From: Dirinaria sp. TL-2023a
Lineage: Eukaryota
Assembly (NCBI GenBank): GCA_051941275.1
Contig: JAVEBF010000001.1
Coordinates: 1-64,000, forward strand
DNA length: 64,000 nt
Direction: 5' to 3'
Each line of letters opens with the position of its first letter. Within the stretch, counting starts at the first letter, position 1. Both the position numbers and the translations under genes were made by a program. Shown one piece after another: positions 23,591 through 37,975 of this stretch. The notes beneath the pieces are model-generated. The model was not told the DNA's origin. It made no database searches and worked only from the letters and a program-made list of their open reading frames with translations.

Positions 23591-26119
23591 TATCCTTCTA
23601 ATTTATAGATTGCTAAGTCGTCCAGAGATACATGCCACTGATGTGTCGCTTACAATATATTTACAATTCGAAGTAATGTTATACGTGAATAACGCCGAGC
23701 GATCACATTTAGGATACTGACTACGTAATTTTACTTTTAGGTCCCTATGAGAAATGGGTACTAGGGGTGAAAGCCTGGAATATGCCCTGTGATACACAGC
23801 CATGTCGAGATTCTTCCGTGATAAGATAGTGGAGTAGTAGTTCTCCTCGCTTGCGGTTGTGTAGATACAGTGTGAGCTTGACAGCACAATATTAAGTCAG
23901 TCTCCCATACCTGATAGAGAAAGCTGAAGTTGGAAGAATCAAATTTCCTCACTAAGGTAGAGCTCAAATATAAGCAGCAAAGAAGCAACAAAATCCAAGT
24001 CCCCCCCAAACGAGTTGGAGTATGAACCGGTATTGAAGTAGAGCAGACAGCCATTCGGACTTGAATATGAAATAAAGACAAGTGGCATGACCCATGTGCA
24101 GCTCATGTCCCCATAGTCAACCAAGATCCCTCTTGCGAATAAGTTTGCCCGATCGATTACATGGCATTTGCGAATTGCGATTATCTTGGCCATCCTAATT
24201 ATCAATAGATTGGCATCGTTTTGTCACATAGAGGCATGAGGAGCAATACATTCGGAGACATCACAGGGGTCAGGAGATCTGGGTATCCCCAAACGCCTTA
24301 GTGTCTGACTCAGGTTCCAGCCCTGACGCTGGCGATCATTTTAAAGACTGCTATTCCCGTTCCCCTTTTGTGACGAGCCTTGCTTGACTGGAGCCAGATC
24401 TGATCCGACTTTCAAAGCGGGCCAGCACGTTTGGAATACTTTGTAACAAGAGAGCGCGAATTCAAAGGGAGGGAACGCCTGAATTGCCCGATGATACGCT
24501 GATAATGGAGCCCAAGTTTCTAGGCTTATCGCTCGACAATATCACAGCAGCTGGAATATGTTTTCAATTGACAAGACCTCATCCGGAAATGATTTGTGTC
24601 AAGTATCTGCACGGAGAACATCTTTCTGCTCCCGAGGCTGTTGCGGCCCTTGCGGGTGGTTGAAAGCCGCTCGCCGTTCTCGGCATTATTAGATAATTTG
24701 CCGCTAGCACTCGCTTGTTGCGCCCACCCTCAGAGGTCGACAGCGATCTAGCCGCTCGAGACGTCGCTGTCGCTGCTTCTTCCATAACTTGTCATGTTCT
24801 TCAGCTTATAACCTCACTCTAGCCAGCAATCCTGATCTCCTTTCTACATCGTCTAGCGTATCATACCGCCAAGGTCTTGACCGCCAAAACCACTGCGCAG
24901 ACTCTTCGACCTCCTCTCCCCGAACCTCCGCCAGGTTGCGCCAGGTCCTTCAGCTCCTTGCAGTCTTGTTTCTACACTAGCAATACTTGGAGCTACACCT
25001 TCGTACCGGAGCACTTGATCCTATGCGCTTCAGACGGCTTTGAAAACATTAAGACGTACAAGGAAAGGGCAAAGAAGCTCTTGGTATTTCGTTGGCACGC
25101 GAATTGAAGGCGAAACACCCAATATAGCAGCATTCGCTACCAGGACACATGAAGCATAGTGTCGAGATCCCGCCAATCAGAAGAGACATGAAACATGGAA
25201 CATTGTATTTGGCACAAGAAGAGATAAAAAAGCTCGCAGATGAGGTGAATAAGGCAGCGCAGGCATAATAAATTTCCTGAAGTGCGAATAAAATTGAACG
25301 GTAATCTTGAGGAACAATCACAGGGGGTCAAGAAGAGGGGTACTGGACTTGCTGCATATTGTCCACAGCAATTACGTCCTCAAGCGCCCTCTGCCTGAGA
25401 AGGATCAATCACGTTCTCTATCACTGAGGCTCTCGACTAGCTTTTCTTGTACTACCAAACATGCTTGCAGAAATATCTAGTGTTTCGTTCATGCTAAGCT
25501 CGGCCGCAACCTCGGTACTCGAGATAGTACCTGGGGCTGATGAGGCCTAACGTTCATGAGTCGCTTGATAAGATAGTGTTAGTGCCTTGAAAGTCCTTGA
25601 GAAGCCCCGCGCTTCTTGTATTGAAAAGGGATTGACTGGCAGAGGAAGGAAGAGAGGTTTTTACTCTTCTGTTTCTGCTGTGAGTAAGCCCGTCTATGGA
25701 GACGATGCAACTTTAAGCGCCGTGGGGACTGGGTGGATCACTTTTATGCTACTTATTCGTTCTGGATTTATAGAAGAGCACGATACATTACTCGAGTACC
25801 TACTTGGGCAGCATGGTCCCCAATGGGCTGGAATTCATCCCTCGCAGACCCCTGCATTTATTTACCATATCCAAGCGATTCCCCGTCAATCACCCTGGTC
25901 ACAATAGTCTACTGCAGTTCACTGCGCGATCTTCTATAGATCTAGCGCCTCTGAAATCAGTCAGAACTACTTATAGCTTTCGATGCATTTCTTATCCATG
26001 TCACGCAATGGTCTTCCTGCACAGACCGGCCTTGAGCATGGATAATATTTGGACACCCAGCATTGAGGCGAAAGTGTCTAAACGACTTCCGGCTTCAACC
26101 ATGAACTGAATTCTGGCCA

Positions 26120-26795
26120 CTATGCTACATCTGTCTGTGACATAGATTGCACCAGGGAAGGTGGTCCGGCTGTAGGAACAAAAGCTGTGAAGTTGCCTTC
26201 TGCCACATCATATTGCACCGGCCTCTCACCTTCTTTTTCTGTCCATCCAAAATGGCATCGAAATTGTGTCCACTTGTGAGCACGAGAAATCTGGGCAAGC
26301 CATCGAATGAAGAGTACCATTGCGCCGTTGTTGAAGGTGATCGGAAGTCCTTCCTCGCGTCCTCGACCAATAGCTGAGATGTTCAGGGGGCATGGATTCC
26401 GGGGGCCCAGATCCCATGCATAATTTGTCACAACCTCGGACGAATTGTTGTGCTCATCATAGATGTTCTCAACAACCTCGAGAGCCGTGACTAGAAAGTC
26501 ACGATCTGATATAATTTCCTTCGAGCGCTCTACGTAAGAGATACCAAACCAAGCAATGCTGGGGGAGAGCTTTTGAAATGAACTTTCTGTTGAGGTAGAC
26601 GGAGTGACTACTTTGGACCAAATGACTTCAGAAGTTCTAGTAACGATTATCAGGGTGCTAAACAATGATTGAAAATGAGAATCGGGTATACCCTGTCTGA
26701 TTGCTACCCGCTGGTGAACTTGGTTGAGCGTAGATAGTTTGCAGGAAGAGCATTAAAGTAGGTACTCTAGATGAGAGAACCGAAGTTGGAAACAT
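26120..26795 (-). CDS. Hypothetical secreted protein (~205 aa, 2 exons)
   Basis: MFPTSVLSSRVPTLMLFLQTIYAQP signal-like N-terminus; intron GTATAC...CTGAT..TAG (~26692-26638) joins to the 26120-26665 ORF. Confidence 0.6.
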
Positions 26796-27681
26796 GTCAA
26801 ACGCGAGCTTCCCTCGCTGTAAACCTTTTCGCAATCGACTGAATTACCCTTCAAACGGTGCTGTATGCAGCGACAGTAGGTAGACGAAACGACGTTAAGG
26901 TTGGAAAAGTGCTTGAACGCCATATGATAGTAATTTCACTAACGTCAGAGGAAAGGACCATATTTATAGCTTAAGGCCTGTCTGTCATTGCTAAGTAGTG
27001 AAACAAGTCAGGAAGTGAGCAACCATCCTTTTTAGAAGCTAGATCTTAGCATGTACAAGCTTGCGACAGGCGTGCCGTGCTTGTAAAGATATCGTGGTCG
27101 CGACAGCTTATAGGAACTTCCGACAAGAAGAGACTACTACGGGGAATTGCGCGCTTTTACGCTTTTGCAATGACTTTGTAGCGCTAAATCGACTGAATGA
27201 GGTTCAATCGCATATGCGGCAATGTTATGGCTACACAAGCGCCCGTTTCGATTGGGACTTTTCGAACCCGAGGGGCTAGCACTCATCGAATGTTCATGAT
27301 GTTGCACAGATTAACAAGCTAGCCCGTTCGCAGAAAAGACGATGGATAAAGACATTATTGCAGTTTGGAACCTAGGAAAGGGATGTCTGCTGCATTTTGA
27401 CGATATGCTTGATCTCTGTATATTTGGGATCGCAATCCCCAGTTCTCGAAATTCAAGAATTGACTCCAATTGTCCCAAAATCAAAGTCAAAATAATGATT
27501 AGGACGCTGTATTATCTTCTCCCTGCAGCTATTGGCAATCTTAAGAGCGGAGCCTTGTCGGTACTAATGATGACAACAGCTGCTACCTCCATGGATAGAT
27601 TTTGAATGACCGCAAGTGCCCTAAGCATCCGACATAAGCCATCCAGCACCCAAGAGAAACGTAATACTTGCCCACACGGCA

Positions 27682-29523
27682 TTATTCGAACTGGAACTTC
27701 TGCATATCCGCATAAATTGAGCCCTTTCCTGCCATATTGCTATTGGGGCCATTAGGATACGAAGGCCGTCGAGCATAAACCTTTGACACAGCTGCTTCGA
27801 CGGCTCTATTTAATTCCAAATCCTGGCTCTTCTTCTCCAATAGGGCTTTATTCCATGCGTTGGAATTAGGAAAGAGTGCGCTCCCTTGACTTATGATGAC
27901 GGTCTCACCCTCGCAAGTAGTTTGAACAATGTTCGGGAAAAGACACATCGGTTCCTTTGTCGTAGCGGCTGGCCATTCATTCAGGCTCGATCCCTCTCGT
28001 GGAAGCTGGATATCTTCGGCATACCACATCTCTTTGTCATAGGTATTTGGATCCATGCGGACGATAAATCTCTTCTCGTCCACACGCGCAGCTTGCCATG
28101 TCGTCATTGCGTCACTAATCATGCCCGTCAGATCTTCCTCAAGCTGAGCCAGGTCCCCAGGAGCCACCAGAGGCCTTAGAGTGCCGATTATTTGACCTAC
28201 TATCGACTTGGTCTTTGGAGACTCCCCCAAGGGCTTAGAAAGAGCGTCGATAGCGCGCAAAGTCAGGATCCTCCAAGCACTCTCACCACGTCCGCCAAGG
28301 GATAGAAGCTTTTGTGACAATTTCTCTAAGAACCGGTCCAATGTTTGATGTTCTGAGAAGCTTCCCTCCGTGAGGAATGGTTGCCATATCTGAGTGCATA
28401 TGCAGTTGGAGATGACACTTCGAGCGATCTGCGATCGAACAAAATCCGCAGACTCCGTTTGCAAGAGCGAAACAGACTCGAACATGGGGGATCGCTCATT
28501 CAGAGCTTTCTGAAGAGCTTCCATATCCTGTGTGTCCTATTAGATTGAGTTTACATCATCAGGTATACCAGAATGAATAGCTGTCTGAGATTCCCACTCA
28601 CACTGGGTGCGTTTCCTGCTAATTCTGGCAATTTTTGAAAATACTTAGCCGAGATGATCTTGGCGTGAGTGAATATCTCACGAAATCTATGAGAGCTGTG
28701 TGTATATCAGCGATCAATGTGGTAGCGGCGACCATTGGGCTAGCACGAACAAATATTCTAGAGGCTTCCACTCGTTGGGAAAGTCGGACTTGATTTGCTT
28801 CAACTCCAAAACTGTTCTTTCAAGCTCGCTATCTAGACCTTGCATTTCCCGTTTGTGCTTGATCTTCTTGTTCTGGGCGTTTTCCTGAAGCTGGGCTATG
28901 TCCTCTTTCAGCCGCTGGTTCTCAGCTACCAGCGTTTTTCTTCCGTCTTCGAAATCACGAACTTTCTTATTGAAGTCCGCTTCTATCTCGGCTTTCTTAG
29001 CATCCATCCGCTTCTGGGCTTTGATCTTATCTTCTTGCAACTTCTTCTCGTACTCTTGCTTTCTCTCGGCATCCGCTCGAGCTTTCTGGGCCTTCACATC
29101 CTCCTGCACTCTCTGGCAGTCTGCTCTTTCCCGACGACATGCCTCTTCACCATCTTTCAGTCTCGCAATTTCCGTTCGCATCTTCTCCAGCTCTTCGCTC
29201 TTCCCGTAGGTCAATTCTGCAACAACAGTTCTCAACCTCCGAATCTCGTTTTCTCTGTCAACTTCTCCTTCATGATTCTGCTCAACAGTGTCAATGTCAC
29301 TGAGACATGACTTCGACTGAAGTAGATATGCTATATCCGCCACTCGTTGGAGAGCCTTGCTATACGACGCCAGTTTAAGAGCTGCATTCTCAGCTTCATT
29401 AGACACATTGGCGTCTGTGTCTAGGTCATTCGCAGCTTCTAGCTCCTTGGCCTTCCCTTGACTTGATGGTTTTTTTCTGCCCTTCCTTGAGCCACTTCGG
29501 GGGCTATCTGCGTCGTTAGGCAT
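27682..29523 (-). CDS. Hypothetical coiled-coil protein (3 exons)
   Basis: K/E/Q-rich heptad exon 1; intron GTTCGT..CTGAT..CAG; short exon SHRFREIF...APS; intron GTGAGT; exon 3 contains IWQPF and LCLFP-like motifs. Confidence 0.85.
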
Positions 29524-31551
29524 TGTACATTGGCGCTAGAACTCACTCTGCTCTTCAGCTACTAGACATCCAAGGCCACATGAAACAACAGACGGAAACC
29601 GAGGAAGTGTGTGCTCACCTCTGGCAGCCCTAGGTCGGATTCAAAATTAGATGTCTTTGAACGGGCGGAGAGATAGCCGAGAAAGCTGTTGACCGAAGAA
29701 TAAGATTTCGAGCTTGCGTGCTTACTTTTACTTGAGTAATCACCATGTAAAATTTGAGAACGCGTATAACCTTTCATCAAGGGCACGAAGAGAGGCTTTG
29801 AGGGTGCCCTGATGGATGAGGAAAATAGCGAGAGCTCACTTATCCTTACGTGTCATGCAAAGATCACAGCCAAGCTATGATAAATTGTACGGCTGCATGT
29901 CGACAAATTGATGATGCTCATCACTCTGGCGTATTGGTAAGCAAAGATACGCCAGAACCTAATCATTGGATCCACCACAGATGGAGTGGCTGTTCGTTTG
30001 GATTCTCACGCTCATGTTTTATTTCCGCGTTGAGGTTTCACAGCATTTTCGCTGCGTTGGCTGATTCCTACTGGTAAGCAAAGACGGGCCGTACACTGTC
30101 CAGACTGTCTTGCGGTGAGGGACAAGATCCAGAGCGCAAGCTTAACCGAGACTATGTTTCCACAATGCTCGAAGCATCTCTCTTCTGAGATTTTTGCATA
30201 ACATTATACTCTCGGGTATGCTATCAATGCGTTATGGTGTGATCTCGAAATGCCCATTGGAAGAGAGAAGAATGACAGCACTCTGTGGTAGAAGAGAACC
30301 ACGAAAGAGAAGACAAGCTGGATGAGGCACTTTCGATTAGACTTATTGCCCGGAGTTTTTGGATCAGCTCGATGGTGCTGATTGGCTACCAATGCGGAGC
30401 GGAAAGAAGTACCCTTCATGCATTAACACTGAGAGAGCTATTGTCTCGTTCTCATTGACGAATAATCCTCACTGGCAGACACACTTGACCGGTTACCCGG
30501 AATACGTCAAAGCGTTGCGGTTTGGGTTGAGCGACCACAGCCTAAGAAGGGTTGGGCTTTTTTCGCGCCAGTCTGGCTTTCAAGTGCGCTGAAAGACTTT
30601 GGGCCTAATCTCTAGAATCCGGTTGAGCAAATAGCGATGTAAGCTGAGACCTGATTCATACTGGGTATGAGAAAAAGACTTTTGTAAACTGTCTTGGCTC
30701 CCAATGATGCGGACAGTTTGGGTGATGCTTGGCGTATCCAGGGAGGACGGCTTGTAACTTAAGGTAAGGTAGGTATCTGGGCACGGCTGCTTAGCCCATA
30801 CACTAACCCTGAAATTGCTGCTCCCAGACCTTTTGTAGCTGCTCGACTGCCGTTCTCAGCAAATTTTTAGCAGCGTGATCAGTAAGGTAGTGCTAACGTC
30901 ATTGTTTTCTAGTGGCAAGCAGCCAGTCTTTAGTAGCCTTCAAATTTTGATTGAATCATATGATAGACAATTCATTCGTCACTGACAAGCCCAGCCAATC
31001 CCGACTTGATGTCGACAGCTCGCACCGGTAGAATGTTGTCAATGAGGTTGATACCGAAGACGCGATTATCCAACTACTATGAAGTTTGGAGACTGTAAGC
31101 TCTCAGCCAAATCTTGAAGAGCTTCTCTCCATGCTTGTGCATAATTAAGCAACGCAAGTCCTCCTTTCAAGTCTTTGCGCCACGGTTGAATTTCGATTTC
31201 TATGCTATTAATGTGAAGCTCTTCCAAAGCCATCTTCCGCAGTGTGAGGTACCCACGAATTTGCGTCTCGCTTTCGTTACGCATGTCTTAAAGTGAACAG
31301 CCGTTAATATAGGTTTCCAAAATTCGCTTATGCGCTCTTTCTGGCATGCATCGGGAACCGTGTTTGGAAAATCGAGATATATTAGCGCTTGTCGTCCGTG
31401 CCCCTGTTTGCGGACGAGACAATTCTTACCGACCCTCGTCGCTTCGATCAAATACACTGTTAGTCGCTCATATAATAGTGATGTGGGCCAGTCTCCTGGA
31501 GGTGCCGAGTTCAACGTAAACTCATCCTCTCTGGGCTGCGATCATCTCAAA

Positions 31552-32682
31552 ATGCAACACTGCTTTGCAGGTTCAAAATTGTGGCCGATATTACTCACGA
31601 GCGCAAATTCTTTGTTAGCTGTCCAAGGCGAGAACCCTCAAACGAACCAATTGATAGCTTTGAATTCTGCACCACTGGATGCTTTACCCGCATTCAACCT
31701 TACTCATTTATACCAGTCTTCCAACCATTCGCTTTCGCTCAATTCAACCGCAGTGACTAGTGACAGCGAACCAACCTGCGATGGTCCAAGATATGGCATC
31801 AATCTTGATGCGACGGACTGTCTAAGTGGACTGGACAAATTTACTCTCACTCGTCAACGCTTAACCTTCGCAGAGCGTGGCGATCCTAGCATGACCCAAC
31901 CATACTATCCTCTCCCGTGGAGATGGATGGGCAGTACGTTCGCCCCGACGGTTTCATAATGGCTTCTTTATGTGAAGCTGACATTCGCATCAGGTCGAGG
32001 CAGTTGTTATTTCCAACCGGTTCTAAAACCAGGAGCACGAATCGGCATTACAAGTATGCACAAGATTCGCGACGCAGCTTCAGATTTGATCCATAAGTGT
32101 GCATCGCGTCAAGCACAAGGTGGGATCGTCAGTAGCCTGGGTACGTGTTCCATCTAAAGCCATCACTCAACCTTACTTTTTAACATATCATAGGAGGCGA
32201 CGATAATGTTGTACTCATCATGGGCAAGTACGAGGCAGATTCTGACTCGGTTCAGTGTGCTGGAAAAATAGCCTCGATAACAGGCTGCAGAGATATACTT
32301 CTTGGGATGCCTGTGACGGAGCAAGGTGAGCACTTCGGTCCGGAGGTAGAGCCGGGAGAAGGCGTAAACATCCCGTACACAGTTAAGTCTCGTAAGTTAT
32401 CTTCCATCGAAACCTTCGCCTACTTACAGAAGCATATAAAGCGGACGAGTCCTGTTCTCTAAAAATCCTTACTACCAATCGGCACGGAGACTCCGACATT
32501 ACTTCCTGGTACAAGATCTGGGAAGGTGCCAATGCCGTCTACTATAAGTGCCTCAGCAGATCGCTTCGGGGAACGGTTAGAGGATTGGGTGATGTCCCAG
32601 TCTATACTTGCTGCACTGGTGATTGCTAACTACTATTGCAGGGGTCAATGGCCAGCTGTTCGTCAATATCTATGGTCCGTAG
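31552..32682 (+). CDS. Secreted protein with two tandem 4-Cys domains (5 exons)
   Basis: Signal peptide. Domain 1: CDGPRYGINLDATDC..LPWRW..GSCYF..DAASDLIHKC..GG. Domain 2: CAGK..GCRDIL..IPY..SCSLKI..SWYKIWEGANAVYYKC..G. Four GT-AG introns; stop 32680-32682. Confidence 0.8.
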
Positions 32683-33131
32683 GCAACGAAATTAAACAAT
32701 ATGTATCTGGCTTGCAACGCTTCGACAAGGAGAGGTGTTCGAGGGAGCGCGTCTATAGCGCAGAGGGTCTTGAATTGGCGTAAGAGTTCAAAGCAAGGAC
32801 TCGATGTATTGGCAAGGGAAGATGAGGTAAGCTAATGACTTTGCGTCTACAGAGTCCATATGCTCGACGTCCATATTATTTTAAGATTGACTCGATGTCG
32901 TTTTTCCATGCAGTCATATCAAGACGTCTGTACCGGCTACTTTCTTGTTAGTCGAATAACAACACGCGATCTTTATTCATTCGAAACATTAGATTTTCAA
33001 GCTTTTCTGGCATTTGTTGAAGCTTTCCACCCTTACTTTTAAGCCAATCGGAGGCTGTGTCATTCTCATAATGCACAGACTATTGTCTTTATAGGCAATT
33101 AAGCCATCCATAATCTTGATGCTCGTGTCGT

Positions 33132-34789
33132 CTACAGGGCATCGATTCTTCCCAGAACCCATTGAAGATGTCGATAGCTACTTCTGGGCTGGAATTGCGG
33201 CTGCATATGACCGCTAAGGTACGTCTCAGCCCACATCAGGCCTCTTTCGTAGTGCTGGATTCCCATGATTCCTTGATGAGCCTATGCGGTCCTTTGGTCA
33301 GTACGAGCAGTAAATATAGATGGAGACAAAGTTGCTAATGTGAAATCAGGCTTACATCCAGGCCTTTGAGGCTACTTGAGTCAAAAACGGATTGATAAAG
33401 GAGATCTGGCAACGTAATATCAATGGGCGTTGCCGGCTCGGTCTGGAAGCCCATCATGCCATTCCAGGTCATGTTCTGAATGGCGAGAAGGGTCGCATTG
33501 GTCAGTATTTCGAGGTCGAGATCCCCGTTTGCGACCAGAACGCGATTTGTTGCTTCGATGACACGAGGTAACACCTTTTGGATAGGATCTGCGGAGGTGT
33601 CACCTTCATCCTCTGGTCCGCCGTCGCCTACAAACACAGGGTTTGCGGCACATTCAGACCATGTGACATCCATTGGAGCGTGCATTGCTGCCTTGACGTC
33701 GGTACGATTAAAATACACCGGCTGCGACGGATAAGCATACTGCAAGTCTGTCGGATAACCCAGCACATCGCCCAGGAGTGGACACTGCAGTCCAAGCTCA
33801 TACACGTTGAAGCACGGATTGGGACCGTATGCTGCGTCATAAACACTGTTCCAAGTACAGCAATCAGGATTGCTAGTACAATTCTCATAAAGAGATGGCT
33901 GGGTCCCGTTAGGAGGGAAGCTCATGTACTGCTCACGAAAAACGGCGTACCCACAACTCTCATCCAGGGCCTCAAGGTCAGCCAGGTAAGACTTGTTGAG
34001 ATTTAAGACATTGTTATTCAACTCGACATACGGATAGACAGTGATGTCGTTTTGAGATGCATACGAACCAATGCAAGGATCGTACACCAGGATCCCGTTT
34101 AAATCATAGTAACAGGTGTCATTCTGATCTAGCATCGCGTTTGCAATGTACGGTACGTACCGCCCGGCGTAGCTTTCGCCAGTAACGAAGATCTTATAGT
34201 TTTTGATACCGAAGATCTCTTGGAAGTTCTTGAAGAATTTGACGAAGTCTGCAGCAATGTCCTCTTCCGAGGTCGCAGTCGGTGTTCCAATCGAGAACCC
34301 TGTGCCCACGGGCTGCTCGACCCATAACATGTTTGTAAGGTTCACCCAGGAGTAGGGGTTGATTATCGGATCAAATTGGCCCCAAGTCCACTGTATCAAG
34401 CCATTTTCCTGGAAGAAGCCTTCGAGGGAGCTGCAACCGGGTCCACCGTTGAGCCAAATCGTAACCTCGTCCACTACCGATCCAACACTTGGTTGGAATA
34501 CAAAGAACAGAGCTCGACTTGTATTGGAGACGTCAATAGGAATGAGCCCGCTATACATCTCCGTGAGGAAACTCTGGGGAATTTCTGGCAAGGATTCGAC
34601 AAAATATTTCTCGGTCTCATTTCTGTAGTAGCGAAGGTCTGTTTGATTGAAACTCCGCTCGCTGAGCTTTCGAGAATGTATATCGTCTAGGGTGCGTTTA
34701 CCATAACCTCCACGACGGGCTACCTCACTGAGCTTCCCTTGTGCATTGGTGAAAAGCAGAATCTGGACAATAAATTGTAAGAGATTCAT
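33132..34789 (-). CDS. Secreted serine carboxypeptidase family S10 (CpdS-like)
   Basis: [33 protein letters not shown]. After an intron (33355-33281), exon 2 has [23 protein letters not shown]; stop 33132-33134. Confidence 0.95.
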
Positions 34790-36099
34790 TGTGGTGCGTA
34801 AAGACTGAATGAATGCTGACCGGCCAGGAGGGAATGCTCACGACTGCCTTCTCGATTTTGTCAGAACAAAGGGTTTCCGAAAACGCACTGCGCTAAAATA
34901 AGCGAAGTCTGCTATTGGTGGATAATGTGTCGAACGAGGGCACCGGCGATGGATCCAGATCTTGGGCATTAACACCAACGAGATAAGGGACCTGCATGGC
35001 TCGAACGCGGCATTCCAAGAAAAGCGGGGTATGAAATTTGTCTTCATTACAGAGTCTCATAATTCAAATCCTTGTCAAACCCACGACTTGACATCAAATC
35101 CCATGGAACACCCCGATGAAGAGTTGTACGAGTCTCACAGTAGCATCACTCCTGCCCGCGTTGTCTTGTTTAATCTACATTACTCTATCCTGGCCGATTT
35201 CTTCTGCGGTCTTTGAATGCTATGTTGTGCCTCCGCAAGCGTTATTAGAAGAACGGGGCAATGACACCTTCCTCATTAGTCGCATTCATACAAGGGTTTA
35301 GCTCGAAGGTACGTCAACGGTCCTTAACCCCGGCGCTCTGCATCCTCCGCTGTAAGTCCTGGCAACAACCACTATCAGAAAAAGCCCCTCCCCGTCCAAG
35401 CACAAGATCCGAAGGCTTTGATTCATCTTCCTGTCTTTTTCTCGAGAACTCCATCAGTGTTCAACGGGTGTGTGATTTTTAGTCGCGCAGCTCAATTTAG
35501 AGTACTATAGAATAGCGGATCGGTTGGACTAACCTGTCCCAAATCAGCCAATCACAAAATCAGTATACTACTCAAATCATGGACTCGGTTAAACATGGAG
35601 GTTTCTCTGTGATTCAGACTCATCGTGTGTTGACGGTCACTGGACCTGATGCGGTCAGCGCAGAACACTCTGTGGATTGCCTTCTGGCGCATAGCAATTT
35701 ATGCTCTTTCGTGCATCTAGCCGCTCACCTGATGCTTCACTAGACTCTAGAATTTATGGCAAGCCATTTGTTGGAAATATAGGTAACTATGGGAAATTCA
35801 TCCAGAATGCCACACATTCCTTGGTCTTTCTTCTGGCACCTCGTTGGATACATGATATTCACATTTTCTAGAACATCACCGCCATGCTGGTCGTCATGCT
35901 CAGTACGGTGCTCACCTAAAGAGCGGTCCACTTTACTGATGTCAAAACCGCTTTCATGTTCCTTGATTCACAAGTCTTCTATTGCCATAAATCGCGTGCT
36001 CCTGTAATTTAATCCCTCGACCACACATTGATACACCTTAACATTCAGCCATCTTAGGCTCGTAGCTTCCGAGCAGTCCTTTCGAGTACTCAACCAGTC

Positions 36100-37430
36100 A
36101 GAAGTGACGAAAATAAATGGGAATACCATAATCGAATACTGTTGGCTTCTCCTCCGAGCGGAAGCCGCCGCATGCTCCATCGTATTTCCATCATCCACGT
36201 TGGCATTGTCCAGCTCATATGCACAATGAAAGGCAAACCCCCAATTTTGGGATCCAAGACGAGTTTCGACTTGCCGCATAGGTGCACGTAGTAAGGTGGA
36301 AGGAAATTGTCCAAGCACCGGCCTCGGATTCTCATATCTTACAGGAGCCTCAACCAGGCCGGTATGTACGACATCTTACACTCTCAAGAGATGCCCTTGT
36401 GCCGAATCCTGGTATCCAAGCTCAAAATCCTCTTACCAGCAATCTTTAGTCTCTTAAGAAGCTCTTTAAAAGACGGTGAGCACCCATACACCTTAGAAGG
36501 AGTGCGGAACAAAAGCCACATATCACCTTCTAGATACGAAGAACGCCTAAAAGCAAGTACTTACATGTTCAAAATGGCCTACAGATCATGTATATGGCCT
36601 TTAGTGCTCTGTATCAAATTGCCCATCTTCTTAAAAATTCAAGGAAAATGCTTCGCCCTACCGGAATACATATTGCTTGGTATCTAATACAGCTCCTGAT
36701 CTGGTCAAAACTCCTTTCCTACTCTCTACCTCGCACACACTTGCGTAGGGCTCTGGGAGTGCAAACGAAGAAGCGGGATACGAGAACCCATGAAAGCTGG
36801 ACAATGGGCCGACATCAGCGCAGCTTTCATCGCTACCGCTGCACTCAATGCTGATTCGGCTTGTTTGACCCTAGCGCTTCCTATGTATAATATGTGGAAT
36901 CTCAAAATGTTTGCACATCGAAAAATCGCGATTTTTTGGGCTTTTTCCTAATTGGAGGTGTGCAAGTCAATCTGCCGTGGGTTGGCTCTGATTGTACAGT
37001 GCATCGGCTCAACGACCTCTTAGCACTTGTCCATCCCTTGCGGGTCGATTGGCTTCCAGCGTAGCTGGTCTTAACAACCCACATCAGACCTGGACTTTGG
37101 TATCAATTACTTCATGGATGTAAGCGTTCTTTTCTTTTTCGGGTTTTCGTTTTGGCTTTGAACAAGCGCTGCTGACCTCTGCAGCAGCCTTGCCGAGGTG
37201 GCCTGTGCTATTATCGGTGGCTGTCTTCCTGTCTGTCTGGGGTTTTCCTGATACTGGAATCCAATCTTGAAGGGCAGTGTCAGCAGGGCCTTAGGGTACA
37301 TGAGCGTCGTCAAAGACGAGAAGCAACATGCTGAGACCATCTCCGTCAGAGAGAAAACGAACGGCTTCTTTATTAGAGAGCTTCTCACTTCTGACGCGGC
37401 CCCGAAGGCAGAGAAATTATTTTAAACTGC
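36100..37430 (+). pseudogene. PTH11-like 7TM protein pseudogene
   Basis: Frameshifted fragments VLCIKLPIFL, ATAALNADS..LTLALPMYNMWNLKM..RKIAI, DQTWTL..TSW, intron, SLAEVACAIIGGCLP. 5' boundary uncertain. Confidence 0.65.
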
Positions 37431-37975
37431 GTGAGATATACGCCGTCCCTCTAGGACAAATGTATGCGCTGGTAAGAGTACGAGCGGCTTCCGGACGCTG
37501 GGATTTTAAAAGCCTGGAAATACGATCAAACGAGCTTTCGGGTTCCAAGCAACGCTATTATGAAAACTGCGCGACGGGACCAGTCAAGCTGGATTCTAGG
37601 AGATTGTCATGGTCAGCTACTCTGCGCCAATGGGCCAGTGAGTCGATCGTTCGTTTCCCACATTGTTATTGCATTAGATTTCTTATGATATCAATAAACG
37701 CCGAGGCCGTTTGCGAGAACAAAGACACAAAAAATACGAGAAAGAACATGGGCGCAGTAAAGGTTCGGCACAGCAAAAGATTTGGCACAGCGGTCGCAAA
37801 TGCTTCAACAAGACACTCTATAACTAGCTTCACAGGGTGAAAGTTCTGAAAACGGTAACGGAGATACAAAGAGCTAGGACAATAATCCCTAACCAAAAAT
37901 CAAAGAAACTGAAAAAGAGGAAAGAGGGAAAGAGGGAAAGGTAAATCGCTTAAGAGCCGCGGTTGAGATCTTTTC

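Noticed and set aside
23600..25400. Minus-strand protein-like fragments
   Set aside because: Possibly old relics, but no family or consistent frame could be established.
37911..37941. Purine-rich GGAAAGAG repeats
   Set aside because: Ordinary low-complexity microsatellite in a 3' region.
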